DNA of 64,000 nt from Alphaproteobacteria bacterium (GTDB taxonomy: Bacteria > Pseudomonadota > Alphaproteobacteria > Bin95): the NCBI GenBank assembly GCA_964291285.2, contig OZ219786.1, positions 448,001 through 512,000 of the forward strand, written 5' to 3'. Below are positions 1 to 10,098 of the stretch, one piece after another (position 1 is the first letter of the stretch; each line of letters opens with the position of its first letter). The notes beneath the pieces were generated by a model. The model did not search any database, was not told the DNA's origin, and saw nothing but the letters and a program-made list of their open reading frames with translations. The position numbers and the translations under genes are program-made.

Positions 1-78
1 GCATCGGCCGCTACGAATCCCGGCCAGGCTGTCGTACTGTGCGGCGGTGGAATCTTGCCGAAGAGGATGCGTCGACCG

Positions 79-429
79 ATGGCGGAGACGTTGACGAGGA
101 CCATCCGGGTCACGCCGGAGCAATGGGAGCGGATCGAAAAGACCGCCAGGGAACGCGAGGTTTCGGCCAACCGGCTCGTGGTCGAATTCGTCATGGAAGC
201 CATCGACCGCCGTCAATGGCCGCGTACCGAGCTCGATATCCAGGTCGCGAAGGCTGCGCTGTTCGCCGCCCAGGTCCTGCGGCGCGACCTCATCGCCGCC
301 GGTCGCAAGGATGAAGTCGAGGAAATCCTGCAGTTCGTTGCATCATTGCTCCCTGAGTCCGCCGCCAAACCGTTGCCGTCGCCGGACCCTCCGCGGTCGC
401 AAACCAGTCCGGAAAAAGGCTCCGGCTAG
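79..429 (+). CDS. Ribbon-helix-helix (CopG-like) DNA-binding protein
   Basis: N-terminal TRTIRVTPEQWERIEKTAREREVSANRLVVEFV has the beta-strand/helix/helix RHH pattern; start chosen at ATG 79 (ORF track starts at 55). Confidence 0.6.
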   Translation: MAETLTRTIRVTPEQWERIEKTAREREVSANRLVVEFVMEAIDRRQWPRTELDIQVAKAALFAAQVLRRDLIAAGRKDEVEEILQFVASLLPESAAKPLPSPDPPRSQTSPEKGSG

Positions 430-595
430 GTCGCAGAACCGTTCCCGGTTGTCCGGGATGACGCCAAAACGCGCGCGCGGCGGCTTTCATGTCCACTCGC
501 ACCCACTCGTACAAAGCCGAAACGGCTTTTCTCCGAGCTTGTAACGCGATAATCTGATAACTGGATTTCTGACAGACTGGATTGGAGATACGAAC

Positions 596-1192
596 ATGCG
601 CGGCCTCTCCCGTCGCATCATGGAGCATGCCGAGGCCCTTCCGGAGGCGACGCCGCTGTGTCCGGCCGCCCTGCTGCATCTCGGCAACCGGGCCGCGGTC
701 GACCAGGCGTTGTCCCGCCTCGCGCGCTCGGCCCGTCTCATGCGCATCTGCCAGGGCGTCTACATGCGCCCGGTCGAGACCCGGTTCGGAACGTGTGCGC
801 CGCACACCTGGAAGGCTCTTGAGGCCCTTTCGGCACTTTGGGGCGAGACCATCGTGCCGTGCGGCGGAGCCGCGGCCAATCGCCTGCGCCTGACCACGCA
901 GAATCCGTTGCGTGAGGTCTATCTCACCTCCGGTCCCAGCCGCATGCTGCACTTCGGTTCGTCCATCGTGGAACTGCGCCACGCGCCGCGCTGGCAACTG
1001 GCGGCGCCGCACCGCAAGGCGGGCGAGGTCATCCGCGCCCTGGCATGGCTCGGCCCCGGGGAGGTCGAGGACGGCCTCGAAGCGGTTCTGCCGACGCTCT
1101 CCGAGACGGAGCGGGAAGAGCTTGCGGTCACGAGGGCCGTCATGCCCAACTGGATGGCCGAACCGCTGAGCGCGCGCCTCGCACATGGCTGA
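596..1192 (+). CDS. abiEi: Type IV TA antitoxin, AbiEi-like (DUF6088 family)
   Basis: GNRAAVDQALSRL..RICQGVY wHTH motif, GAAANRLRLTTQNP..YLTSGPSR; overlaps the downstream AbiEii gene. Confidence 0.85.
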   Translation: MRGLSRRIMEHAEALPEATPLCPAALLHLGNRAAVDQALSRLARSARLMRICQGVYMRPVETRFGTCAPHTWKALEALSALWGETIVPCGGAAANRLRLTTQNPLREVYLTSGPSRMLHFGSSIVELRHAPRWQLAAPHRKAGEVIRALAWLGPGEVEDGLEAVLPTLSETEREELAVTRAVMPNWMAEPLSARLAHG

Positions 1193-2207
1193 GACGCCGT
1201 TCCAGAGCCTTTCGGCCGGCGACCGCCTCCACGCGCTGAGGGTCGCTCAGGAAAAAGGACAATACCGGGCGCATTTGCTCGAGAAGGACATCTGGGTCGT
1301 CGCCACCCTCGCAGTGCTGTTCGAGGCCCCGTTCGCCGGGCACCTGACCTTCAAGGGCGGCACGTCGCTGTCGAAAGTGTGGCGGGCGATCCGCCGGTTC
1401 TCCGAAGATGTCGACATCACCTACGATATCCGGGCGTTTGCGCCGGATCTGGTTTCCGGCGCCGGCGACGAGGCGCTTCCGCCCACGCGCAGCCAGGAGA
1501 AGCGCTGGACGCGCGCCATCCGCACCCGTCTCGCGGAATGGGTCCGGGACGAGGCCCGCCCCATTGTTGAAGAAGGTCTCTCCGACGCCGGTTTCGTGGC
1601 GCGGGTCCGAGCGGAAGAGGAGAAGCTCTGCGTCGCGTACGAACCGATGTTCGAGACAAGCGGCTTCGTTGCTCCGGAAGTCATGGTCGAGTTCGGTGCC
1701 CGATCGACCGGCGAGCCGCACGCGAGCCGCCCCGTTGTGTGCGACGCGGCCGCACATCTTCCCGGCCTCGCGTTTCCCGAAGCGCACCCCGCCGTCATGC
1801 TGGCGGAGCGCACGTTCTGGGAGAAGGCGACCGCCATCCATGTCTTCTGCTGTCAGGAGCGGCGGCGCGGCGAGCGTCTGTCGAGGCACTGGCACGATCT
1901 CGCGCGTCTTGACGAGGCGGGGATTGCGGCAAACGCGCTCGCAGACCGTGCCCTCGCCCTGTCGGTTGCCCGCCACAAGGCGATGTTCTTCACCGAGAAC
2001 GACGCGACCGGCTCGCGGATCGATTACGAAGCGGCCGTTTCCGGTGACCTCCAGCTCGTCCCTTCCGGCGCCGCGCGTGCGGTGCTCGCCGATGATTACG
2101 CCCGGATGCTTGCCGATGGCATGCTGCTGGACCACAACGAGTCGTTCGACCTGTTGATGGAACGATGCGCCCGGATGGAGACCCGGGCCAACGAGACGAA
2201 GGCATGA
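1185..2207 (+). CDS. abiEii: Type IV TA toxin, AbiEii/AbiGii nucleotidyltransferase
   Basis: LEKDIWV, FKGGTSLSK, RFSEDVD, ERTFWEK, SRHWHD motifs. Confidence 0.92.
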   Translation: MAETPFQSLSAGDRLHALRVAQEKGQYRAHLLEKDIWVVATLAVLFEAPFAGHLTFKGGTSLSKVWRAIRRFSEDVDITYDIRAFAPDLVSGAGDEALPPTRSQEKRWTRAIRTRLAEWVRDEARPIVEEGLSDAGFVARVRAEEEKLCVAYEPMFETSGFVAPEVMVEFGARSTGEPHASRPVVCDAAAHLPGLAFPEAHPAVMLAERTFWEKATAIHVFCCQERRRGERLSRHWHDLARLDEAGIAANALADRALALSVARHKAMFFTENDATGSRIDYEAAVSGDLQLVPSGAARAVLADDYARMLADGMLLDHNESFDLLMERCARMETRANETKA

Positions 2208-3226
2208 CGGCGCAATCTCCCGAACCCGGACGCATCGCCCTGGTTCGCCAGCGCCGTTACCTCGTCGAGAACGTGACACCGCCGCCATCCCCCGATGAAG
2301 CCATGCTCGTCGAGTTGTCGTGCCTTGACGACGATGCGCAGGGCGAGCCGCTGTCGGTGTTGTGGGACCACGAGATCGACGCCCGCATTCTGAAGGACGA
2401 TGGCTGGGCCGCCGTGGCAGACAAGGGCTTCGACGATCCGGCGCTCTTCGCGGCCTATCTGCGCACCCTGTCGTGGAACTGCGTGACCGCGACCGACCCC
2501 AATCTCTTTCAGGCGCCCTTCCGTGCGGGCATCCGCATCGACGCCTACCAGCTCGACCCGTTGCGCAAGGCGCTTCGGCTGCCGCGCGTCAACCTGTTCA
2601 TCGCCGACGATGTCGGGCTCGGCAAGACCATCGAAGCCGGGCTGATTGCGCGCGAACTGCTGTTGCGCCGCCGCATCGACCGAATTGTTGTCGCCTGTCC
2701 TCCTGCGATTCTCGACCAGTGGCAGGACGAGATGGAGGCCCGTTTCGGCCTCGCGTTCACCATTCTCGACCGGGCTTATGTGACGCGGATGCGCCGCGAG
2801 CGCGGCTTCTCTGTCAATCCCTGGACCACCCACTCGCACTTCCTGATCTCCCACCGCCTGCTCATTGACGAGACCTATGCCTCGGGCCTGCGCGACTGGC
2901 TTGGAGAATTCGCGCCCCAGACCCTGCTGATTCTCGACGAGGCGCACAACGCCGCGCCTGCGAGCGGGGCGCGCTATGCCATCGATTCACAGATCACGCG
3001 GGCGATCCGTGATATCGCGCCGCGTTTCGAGCATCGCCTGTTCCTCTCGGCGACACCGCACAACGGGCATTCGAACAGTTTCTCCGCCCTGCTCGAAATT
3101 CTCGACCCACAGCGCTTCTGCCGCGGGGTCCGTGTAGCAAAAGCAGAGGAAGATTTTGCAGTTGCTATTCCTGACATGAAGTTCGATGGATTTCCGTTTC
3201 TATTAAGAAGATACAATGGGTTATGA
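2204..3226 (+). pseudogene. drmD: DISARM-type SNF2 helicase DrmD, C-terminally truncated (ATPase N-lobe only)
   Basis: WNCVTATDPNLFQAPFRAGI, YQLDPLRKALRLPRVNLFIADDVGLGKT, DEAH, LSATPHNGHSNSFSALLEILDPQRF; homology stops near 3135 where AT-rich DNA begins; no helicase C-lobe; ATGA coupling to abiEii. Confidence 0.8.
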
Positions 3227-3783
3227 TGCCTGTCAAGCATATGGTCTTGAGATGAAAAGGCATATAATCATACTGGCAAGTGAGGAAAAAAGATGCATAT
3301 GGGTGCAGCAGGAGATTGAGCCCGGTATGCGGGAATGATCTGGACAGGGTGAGGGACCATGATGATTGTATAGCAAGGCACTTAAAAGGAACTATATGGA
3401 TAATTGATTGGAACAGAGTTACGGTCCATCGTAATTCTATGGGTATGTAGGTGAAACATGCCCTGCTGGCACCATATGAGAGTAGATTCTATGGATAGGA
3501 GCAGCGCACGGGACCGTTCCGGAGGCCGGCAGATGGCGGCGAGGTTCCGGAGACGGAAAAGGAATGCGTTGCGGCGTGACGCCGGGCGATGCAGGCCGGC
3601 CGGTCGTGCGGGAGACAACCGGAACCGGGCGGCTGCGGGTCGCCGGTCTTTCGGTGCAAGCGATACGCGCCTGGCAGGCATGGACTTCTCCGATGGGCGG
3701 CGGGTCCGGAGCGGATGGGAGGCGGGCTCTCGGCTGAAGTCGATACCGGCAGCCGCAACCGCTTTCTGCCGGAAGGAAATGGC

Positions 3784-4116
3784 ATGAAGCTGGCGAAACA
3801 GCGTTGCTTCTACTGTTCCCCGGAAGTGTGGGAACGGATCCGCAGGCGTGCAGGGAAGGCGAAGCTGAAGGTCTCGCGCTTCATATGGCTCTGCTGCCGG
3901 CAGGCTGGCGAGGGAGACGGCGGCGCCCGCCCGGACGCCGCCGGGCATCCCGTTGTGCTGACGCAGGAGGAACAGCGCCGTCTTCACGAGAACGCCCGCA
4001 GGCTGTGCGGCGCCGGTCGTCTTTCGATTCGGGCTCCGGGAGGCAGAGAGGCGAGTGTCACGTTCGGCGAGGCGGTGCGTTTCCTGCGTCTTGCCGAACG
4101 GGGGGACGGGGCATGA
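3784..4116 (+). CDS. RHH/MobC-like small DNA-binding protein
   Basis: RCFYCSPEVWERIRRRAGKAKLKVSRFI RHH-like pattern plus HPVVLTQEEQ motif; purine-rich RBS upstream; ATGA overlap with next gene. Confidence 0.55.
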   Translation: MKLAKQRCFYCSPEVWERIRRRAGKAKLKVSRFIWLCCRQAGEGDGGARPDAAGHPVVLTQEEQRRLHENARRLCGAGRLSIRAPGGREASVTFGEAVRFLRLAERGDGA

Positions 4117-4637
4117 GGAAGCCGCGCGCCGCCAGGCCGGATACGAACGCCATGAACCGCACGGTCTCGCTGACCGACGGGGAGTGGGGTTCGATCGGGC
4201 AATGGTCGGCCGCCCGCGGCAAGTCGAGGGCGCAATGGATGCGCGAATGCGCGCTGACGGTGGACCTGCCGGCGAAGAGGGCCGTGGCCCGGCCTCTGGT
4301 GCTGGACGCCGGGGAACAGCGCTGCATTTCCCGCACGGTCGGGGATTTGGCGGGCCGGCTGTCTTCTTCGGGGAACGAAGCGGGCGGGACCCCCGGAGAC
4401 GACCTGCGGGCATTGCTGGCGGCGCGGCTGCGGATCATGGCCGGGGACGGCCGGCGCGAGGCCGCGGTCGAACTGCTTCGCCATGTGTTCGGCGAAGAAC
4501 GGGCAGCCGTGATCGCGGCGGCATTCATCCCGGAGCCGCAGCCGATGGACCGAACGGATGACGGGTCATCGGAAACCCGCCCGGACGATCATTCCGGGCG
4601 GAAACCGGTACCCCAGCAAAACCTGTTCGATGACTGA
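4113..4637 (+). CDS. RHH/MobC-like protein, paralogue of 13530..14042 and 14039..14533
   Basis: MNRTVSLTDGEW..RECALTVD..RPLVLDAGEQ..ELLRHVFGEERAAVIAAAFIPE shared with the two paralogues. Confidence 0.6.
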   Translation: MRKPRAARPDTNAMNRTVSLTDGEWGSIGQWSAARGKSRAQWMRECALTVDLPAKRAVARPLVLDAGEQRCISRTVGDLAGRLSSSGNEAGGTPGDDLRALLAARLRIMAGDGRREAAVELLRHVFGEERAAVIAAAFIPEPQPMDRTDDGSSETRPDDHSGRKPVPQQNLFDD

Positions 4638-4787
4638 ATGCCGGCGCGACTCCACGCCGCCGGCATGGCAACGGATGCCGGGTGAGCCGACATTCGCGCG
4701 CAGGCCGAAGCGGCCGGGTTGTCGATCTCCTGCGGCGCCCGCCATCCGCTTGTGCTGACCGGGAAGCAACCTGACAATTCCACATGA
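4638..4787 (+). pseudogene. Remnant of another RHH paralogue
   Basis: Reads MPARLHAAGMATDAG*ADIRAQAEAAGLSIS..HPLVLTGKQ; in-frame TGA at 4683 sits where paralogues have Trp. Confidence 0.4.
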
Positions 4788-4824
4788 GCCTCCGTGTGCT
4801 AGATCCCGTTCGAATGGATGAGCT

Positions 4825-7539
4825 TTGACGGAAGGCCGAGGCGTGGAGTTTCTCTCGTTTTGGGGCAAGGCGCGCTCCACCGATGCCGACGGAGGTCCCG
4901 GTTGGCATCCGCTGGCATTCCATAGCCTTGATGCTGCGGCAGTCGGGGAAGCCTTGCTCAACGAGCATCGTGGTCTGACAGACCGCCTCTGCGGATTGTT
5001 GGGACTGCCCGAACCGAAGACGGTCGCGCTTCTCCGATTTCTGATTTGCCTGCACGATATCGGGAAGTTCGCCAGAAGGTTTCAGGCCAAGGTGCCGGAA
5101 CGGTTCCCGGCCTGCTTCGACATCGACGCAAGCAAGATTTCGAACCGCTTCGATCACGGCTTGGGAGGTCTGCGCCTCTTTAGCAAACATCCGGATATAT
5201 TCGGAGTGTCTGATCGGCGGCAGGCCCGGCGCTGGCTGCCTGTCGTCTCCGCGGTTGCCGGCCATCACGGCTCGCCGCCGGCCTTCAACGCTGGCGGCGG
5301 GGAGACAAGGATCGAATTCGGAGGTGCCGGACTCGAGGCGGCGCGCGCATTCGCAGAGTGGACGCGCGTCCTTCTCGATCCACCGGACCCGATGCCGCAA
5401 ATGGACGACGACCGGGCGCGCCGCATCTCCTGGTTGCTCGCTGGTTTGGCCGTACTGTCCGACTGGATCGGGTCCAACGAGGACTGGTTTCCGTTCAGAA
5501 GCCCGAACGACTTCCCGAGCCTCGATTCCTATTGGGCCTGTGCCCGTAGGCAGGCGAAGGCGGCAGTTCTGGAAGCCGGGATCGTTCCGGCGGCCGTGAC
5601 CAGATGTCTGGGCTACGATGCGCTGGTCGGTTCTTCGGTTGCGCCCAGCCCGATGCAGGAATGGGCGCACAACATTTCCTTGCCGGATGGTCCGGCCCTG
5701 TTCATCGTCGAGGACGAGACCGGCAGCGGAAAGACCGAGGCGGCTTTGATGCTGGCTCACCGGTTAATGGCCTGGGGCCGGGCCGACGGCCTGTACATGG
5801 CGCTGCCGACGATGGCCACGGCCAATGCCATGTTCGACCGTCTGGGCAAAGCGGTCCGCCACCTGTTCGCGGCGGACGCCGAACCGTCGCTGGCGCTGGC
5901 CCACGGCGCGCGCGGCCTGCATAGGGGATTCCGGGCGGCGCGCGACAATTGGAGGCGAAGCGAGGCGTCGTATGGGGATGGCGGCGAGGCGGATATCGCC
6001 GCATCGACAGCCTGTGCAGAATGGATCGCCGACGACCGTCGGCGCACATTTCTGGCCGACGCCGGCGCCGGCACGGTGGACCAGGCTCTGCTGGCCGTGT
6101 TGCCGACCCGCCACCAGTCGCTGCGGCTTCTGGGCCTGGCCCACCGCGTGCCGATCATTGATGAGGTTCATGCTTATGACGCCTATATGCTCCGCGGGAT
6201 CGAAGTACTGCTGACATTCCAGGCGGCGCTCGGCGGCTCCGCTATCCTGCTGTCGGCGACGTTGCCCGCCGGTCACCGGCAAAACCTGGTGGACGCCTTC
6301 GCGAAGGGCCTCGGAGAAGAACCGGTTGATATTGCGGAACAGGCCTATCCGCTGGCTACGGTCCGGGCCCGCGGTGCGCAGACGGAGACACCGGTCCCCG
6401 GCCGCCCGGGACACGGCCGCAAGCTGCCGTTGCGTTTCCTGCGCAGTCCCGATGAGGCGTTGGCCGAAGTGGAGCATGCCGTTCATTCGGGCCGGACGGC
6501 GCTCTACATTCGCAACACGGTCGATGACGCGCGCGAAGCCCATGCGGCGCTGGCGGCGCGCGGGATTTCGGCAGAACTTTTTCACGCACGGTTTGCAATG
6601 GCGGACCGCCTCGCAATCGAACGCAGAACGGTCGAGACCTTCGGGAAGGAAAGCAAGGCGGGTGAGCGGGCCGGAAAGGTCCTGGTAGCGACGCAGGTGG
6701 TAGAGCAGTCGCTGGACCTGGATTTCGATGTACTCGCAAGCGACCTGGCGCCGATCGACCTGCTGATCCAGCGGGCCGGGCGGCTCTGGCGGCATGGATG
6801 GCGAAAGCGCGCGGGGGAACCGGAACTGCTCGTCGTCGCGCCGCCAGCCTCAGACGACCCGCCGGAGAACTGGTTCGAAACGTTTCTGCCTCGCGCGGCT
6901 TACGTTTATCGGGACCATGCCCGCCTGTGGCTGACTGTCCGGACGCTTGAGCAGACCGGAGCCATAGAAAGCCCGGGCAAGTTGCGGGCACTTGTCGAGG
7001 CGGTTTACGGCCCGGAAGCGGAGGACAGCATACCGCTTGGGCTCTGTGGCAGTTTGCTGGCGTTCGAGGGGAGAAAATCTGCCGCCCGGAGCATGGGACA
7101 CCTAAACACGTTGAGCGTGTCATCGGGTTATGTCCGCGATGCAGGTGCCTGGGACAGCGACATGCGAACGCCGACCCGGCTGATAGAGGACCCGCACCTC
7201 ACTCTCAGGCTCGCCCGGGTGCAAGACGGTCGAGTCGAACCATACGCACTGGCGCACGCGCCGCGCGAGCCCTGGCGGGCTTGGCGGCTCAGCGAGGTGG
7301 ACATACCTCAACGGCATGTGACAAGCGAGGCCATTCCCTCGCGCTTTGAGCAAGCGGCGCATGAGGCTAGGGCAGGCTGGGGCCGATACGACGACGACAA
7401 GATACTCGTAGTGCTGGAAGAAGCGAGTGACGGTCGGCTTGTCGGCGCGGCTATGGGGCCGAATGGGGAGCGCAGGGTCTCATACAGCGTCAGCGATGGT
7501 CTCGCTTTGGCAGATGGCATTCACATTGAGACGACTTGA
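4825..7539 (+). CDS. cas3: CRISPR-associated HD nuclease/helicase Cas3 (type I-E-like), orphan in this window
   Basis: FWGKA, HSLDAAAV, LHDIGK, GHHG, SDWIGS (HD domain); ETGSGKTEAA, LPTMATANAM, GTVDQALL, DEVHAYD, LSATLP, ATQVVEQSLDLDFD, QRAGRLWRH (helicase). Confidence 0.95.
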   Translation: MTEGRGVEFLSFWGKARSTDADGGPGWHPLAFHSLDAAAVGEALLNEHRGLTDRLCGLLGLPEPKTVALLRFLICLHDIGKFARRFQAKVPERFPACFDIDASKISNRFDHGLGGLRLFSKHPDIFGVSDRRQARRWLPVVSAVAGHHGSPPAFNAGGGETRIEFGGAGLEAARAFAEWTRVLLDPPDPMPQMDDDRARRISWLLAGLAVLSDWIGSNEDWFPFRSPNDFPSLDSYWACARRQAKAAVLEAGIVPAAVTRCLGYDALVGSSVAPSPMQEWAHNISLPDGPALFIVEDETGSGKTEAALMLAHRLMAWGRADGLYMALPTMATANAMFDRLGKAVRHLFAADAEPSLALAHGARGLHRGFRAARDNWRRSEASYGDGGEADIAASTACAEWIADDRRRTFLADAGAGTVDQALLAVLPTRHQSLRLLGLAHRVPIIDEVHAYDAYMLRGIEVLLTFQAALGGSAILLSATLPAGHRQNLVDAFAKGLGEEPVDIAEQAYPLATVRARGAQTETPVPGRPGHGRKLPLRFLRSPDEALAEVEHAVHSGRTALYIRNTVDDAREAHAALAARGISAELFHARFAMADRLAIERRTVETFGKESKAGERAGKVLVATQVVEQSLDLDFDVLASDLAPIDLLIQRAGRLWRHGWRKRAGEPELLVVAPPASDDPPENWFETFLPRAAYVYRDHARLWLTVRTLEQTGAIESPGKLRALVEAVYGPEAEDSIPLGLCGSLLAFEGRKSAARSMGHLNTLSVSSGYVRDAGAWDSDMRTPTRLIEDPHLTLRLARVQDGRVEPYALAHAPREPWRAWRLSEVDIPQRHVTSEAIPSRFEQAAHEARAGWGRYDDDKILVVLEEASDGRLVGAAMGPNGERRVSYSVSDGLALADGIHIETT

Positions 7540-7613
7540 TCCCGGTCGATGCATCCCCATATATGGGCATGTTCCGCTGTCAGACGGTGGATGATCCGGG
7601 TGCAGGGCAGCTG

Positions 7614-9439
7614 CTTGACCCAACTTCAACAGTGACGATTAAAAGTATTCGATAGAACAGGGAGTTACACCGGCATCGCCGGGTGTACCCACTACATTTC
7701 GTTGATTTTGGGGACGGTCAGGCTTTGTGTTCGCGCCAGTTCGGCGGCAGCGCGATGCCGACGGCCTGGAAGACCTTTCCGACCTGGCCCTCGACATGGG
7801 TGCGGGTGGTGATGCGCTTGCCGTCCTTCTCGATGGTGGCCTCTTGCAGGCGGTCGAGATCGCGGATCAGGTCGTCCCATTCGACGTTGACGTTGGCGGC
7901 GGCGCAGCGGTCGGCCAGTTCCTTCTGGAGGACGAGCGCGAGGAAGGAGCAGAAGACGTGGCCGCGGATCGCGGCGTCGCAGGAGTGGTAGATCGGGCGG
8001 GTGCGCAACTGGGCCTTCGCCCGGCGGAACAGGTCTTCCACCGTGAGCAGCTCCCGGTAGCGGAGCACGGCATTGAGCGGCGTCATGCCGGCGTTGGTGC
8101 GCAGCACGAAGATGCCGTCGAAGCGGGCCTCCTCGGCGAGCTTGCCGGCGTCGATCTCGAACGCCTTGCCCGCGCCCGTGCGGCGCAGATAACGCCGGTA
8201 GGCGCTGTTGCCGATCAGCGCTTTCTCGCCGTCCGCAAGGCGGCGCTGGAGGCCGTCCACCACGGCCTGCCGGTCGGCGCGGTCCTTCTGTGCCTCCGCC
8301 TCGTTGCGGCACACGATGTAGCGCGCGCCGCCCACCGTGACTTCCTTCACGAACAGCTGCGTCTCGCCGCGCGGACGCTTGAGGAGCAGCGGCACAAAGG
8401 GCTTCGTGTCCTTCAGCACCACCTCGCGGACCACCTTCGTGCGCCGCTCGCGCGCGCCCAGGATGTAGTCCAGCCCCCGCTCTTCCAGCGCCGCTATCGT
8501 CGCCGCCGAGATCATCCCCCGGTCCGCCACCACGCACACACGACCGATCCCGAAGCGTGACCGAAGACGGTCCACGATCGGCAGCAGCACCCTGGTGTCG
8601 GCCGTGTTGCCCGGCAGCATCTCCGTGCACACAGGCCGGCCCTCGCCGTCCAGCACCACCGCCAGAACCATCTGGCGCAAGTCCGGGCGATGGTCCTTCG
8701 AGTAGCCGTGCGCGCCCAGCGTCTCGCCGCCCGCGCCGTGGAACGACAGCGTCGTGGTGTCCATGAACACCACAGACAGGTCGGTGAACAGGTCCCGCCT
8801 GTGCTCGAACAGACGCTCCTCGATCCCGTCCTTCACGCAGCGCGGCGCAAGCGCGCCTTCCGCCGGCGCCTCCAGCTCCTCCCCGAGCCAGGCCATCGCC
8901 CGATACAGCTGATGAAGCCGCAACCCCTCGATCCCCTCGATCGCGTAGTCGGCCATCCACTTCTCGCAGGACCGGTCCGAACCCGACACGAACAGACGGT
9001 GCAGAACGCTCACAAACACCGCCCGCTCGACGGCGAACCCGAAGCCGCGACCGTCCAGAAGCTCCTTCACGACAGCGCCCACGCCCAGCCGATCCCACAG
9101 CCGACCGAACAGCAGCGGACCGCCGACCCGCACGCAGGCCAGCGCGCCCGCCTCCATGTCCTCCAGCACCACGGACCGCTCCGAATGGCGCGCCAGGGAC
9201 GCGATCAGACGGTCCAGCTCCCCGCTCGCCTGCAACACGTCCTTGCGGCCGAGCGCGCGGATCGTGCGCTGGCGCACCCGCTTGCCCTCGCGCACGCTCT
9301 CCACGAGGTAGAGATAGCGGTGGCCCCGGGCGGTCGTTTCGCGCACGAACGTGCTGACACGCCGACCGACGCATTCGGAAGATTGTTCAACGAAGCACGT
9401 TCGAGGGAGACGGTATTTGCCGGGTATGTCGAGGTCAAG
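7614..9439 (-). mobile_element. IS1634-family insertion sequence
   Basis: Encloses the transposase; short inverted ends CTTGACC (7614) and GGTCAAG (9433-9439); no target duplication seen, ends approximate. Confidence 0.7.
7718..9352 (-). CDS. IS1634-family DDE transposase
   Basis: FVRE..YLYLVESVREGKRVRQR N-terminus, FMDTTT, GYSKDHRPD, PGNTAD, VVADRGM, VEDLFR, RPIYH..IRGHVF; expected start position holds ACG. Confidence 0.92.
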   Translation of the reverse strand, partial: TFVRETTARGHRYLYLVESVREGKRVRQRTIRALGRKDVLQASGELDRLIASLARHSERSVVLEDMEAGALACVRVGGPLLFGRLWDRLGVGAVVKELLDGRGFGFAVERAVFVSVLHRLFVSGSDRSCEKWMADYAIEGIEGLRLHQLYRAMAWLGEELEAPAEGALAPRCVKDGIEERLFEHRRDLFTDLSVVFMDTTTLSFHGAGGETLGAHGYSKDHRPDLRQMVLAVVLDGEGRPVCTEMLPGNTADTRVLLPIVDRLRSRFGIGRVCVVADRGMISAATIAALEERGLDYILGARERRTKVVREVVLKDTKPFVPLLLKRPRGETQLFVKEVTVGGARYIVCRNEAEAQKDRADRQAVVDGLQRRLADGEKALIGNSAYRRYLRRTGAGKAFEIDAGKLAEEARFDGIFVLRTNAGMTPLNAVLRYRELLTVEDLFRRAKAQLRTRPIYHSCDAAIRGHVFCSFLALVLQKELADRCAAANVNVEWDDLIRDLDRLQEATIEKDGKRITTRTHVEGQVGKVFQAVGIALPPNWREHKA

Positions 9440-10098
9440 GGGCAAGCGCATAAAAAATGAAGGCCGCCGGTTCTGGTCCGGCGGCCTTCGGGGATGCGGT
9501 TCGGTCCCTGGTTCGATGCCACCTACCCAGCGCAGCAGCAAACAGCAGCCCGATATCCGTTCATCGAGTGTCCGGATAATCGGCTGCCGCCGCTGCAATG
9601 TCAAGCGCCGGGTTAGTGGAGCGGGGGATTTTTCCGCCGCTGCCGGTTTCACCGCAACTCTATGGAAACAGGGAACTTTCCAGGCCGCGCGCTGAACGCC
9701 CGCGTATCGATACCGGACAGCCTTTCCCCGAATTCCGGGCGAAGGGGCAGACAGGACGCGGACCCCGGCCGCCTCCGGGCGCCCGACGGCGGTTTCGCGG
9801 GTCCGGCGGACGGCATTCGCCGGAAAGGGGCGGACTTCCCGCCGGTGCGGGCGGGCGTTGCGGACGCCGCCGGCTTGCCCGGAAATGCCGCGGGACCGGC
9901 CGGGTCCTGCGCATGTCTGCCGGCGTTCGCCCGCTCCGGGGGGCGGCGATTCGCCAGCCGGCCGGGGGTCCGGCCTCTGGCGGGCAAGCCTGCCGCGGGC
10001 CCCGGCCGCAGGTCCCGGACGGTCCGGAACCGGACAAATGTTCTGCGGCGGATTGACGCATTCATGTTCCGGGAGCGGCCCGGCAGCGGAGAGCGGCC

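Noticed and set aside
3135-3500. AT-rich stretch as CRISPR leader or spacer run
   Set aside because: No repeats present
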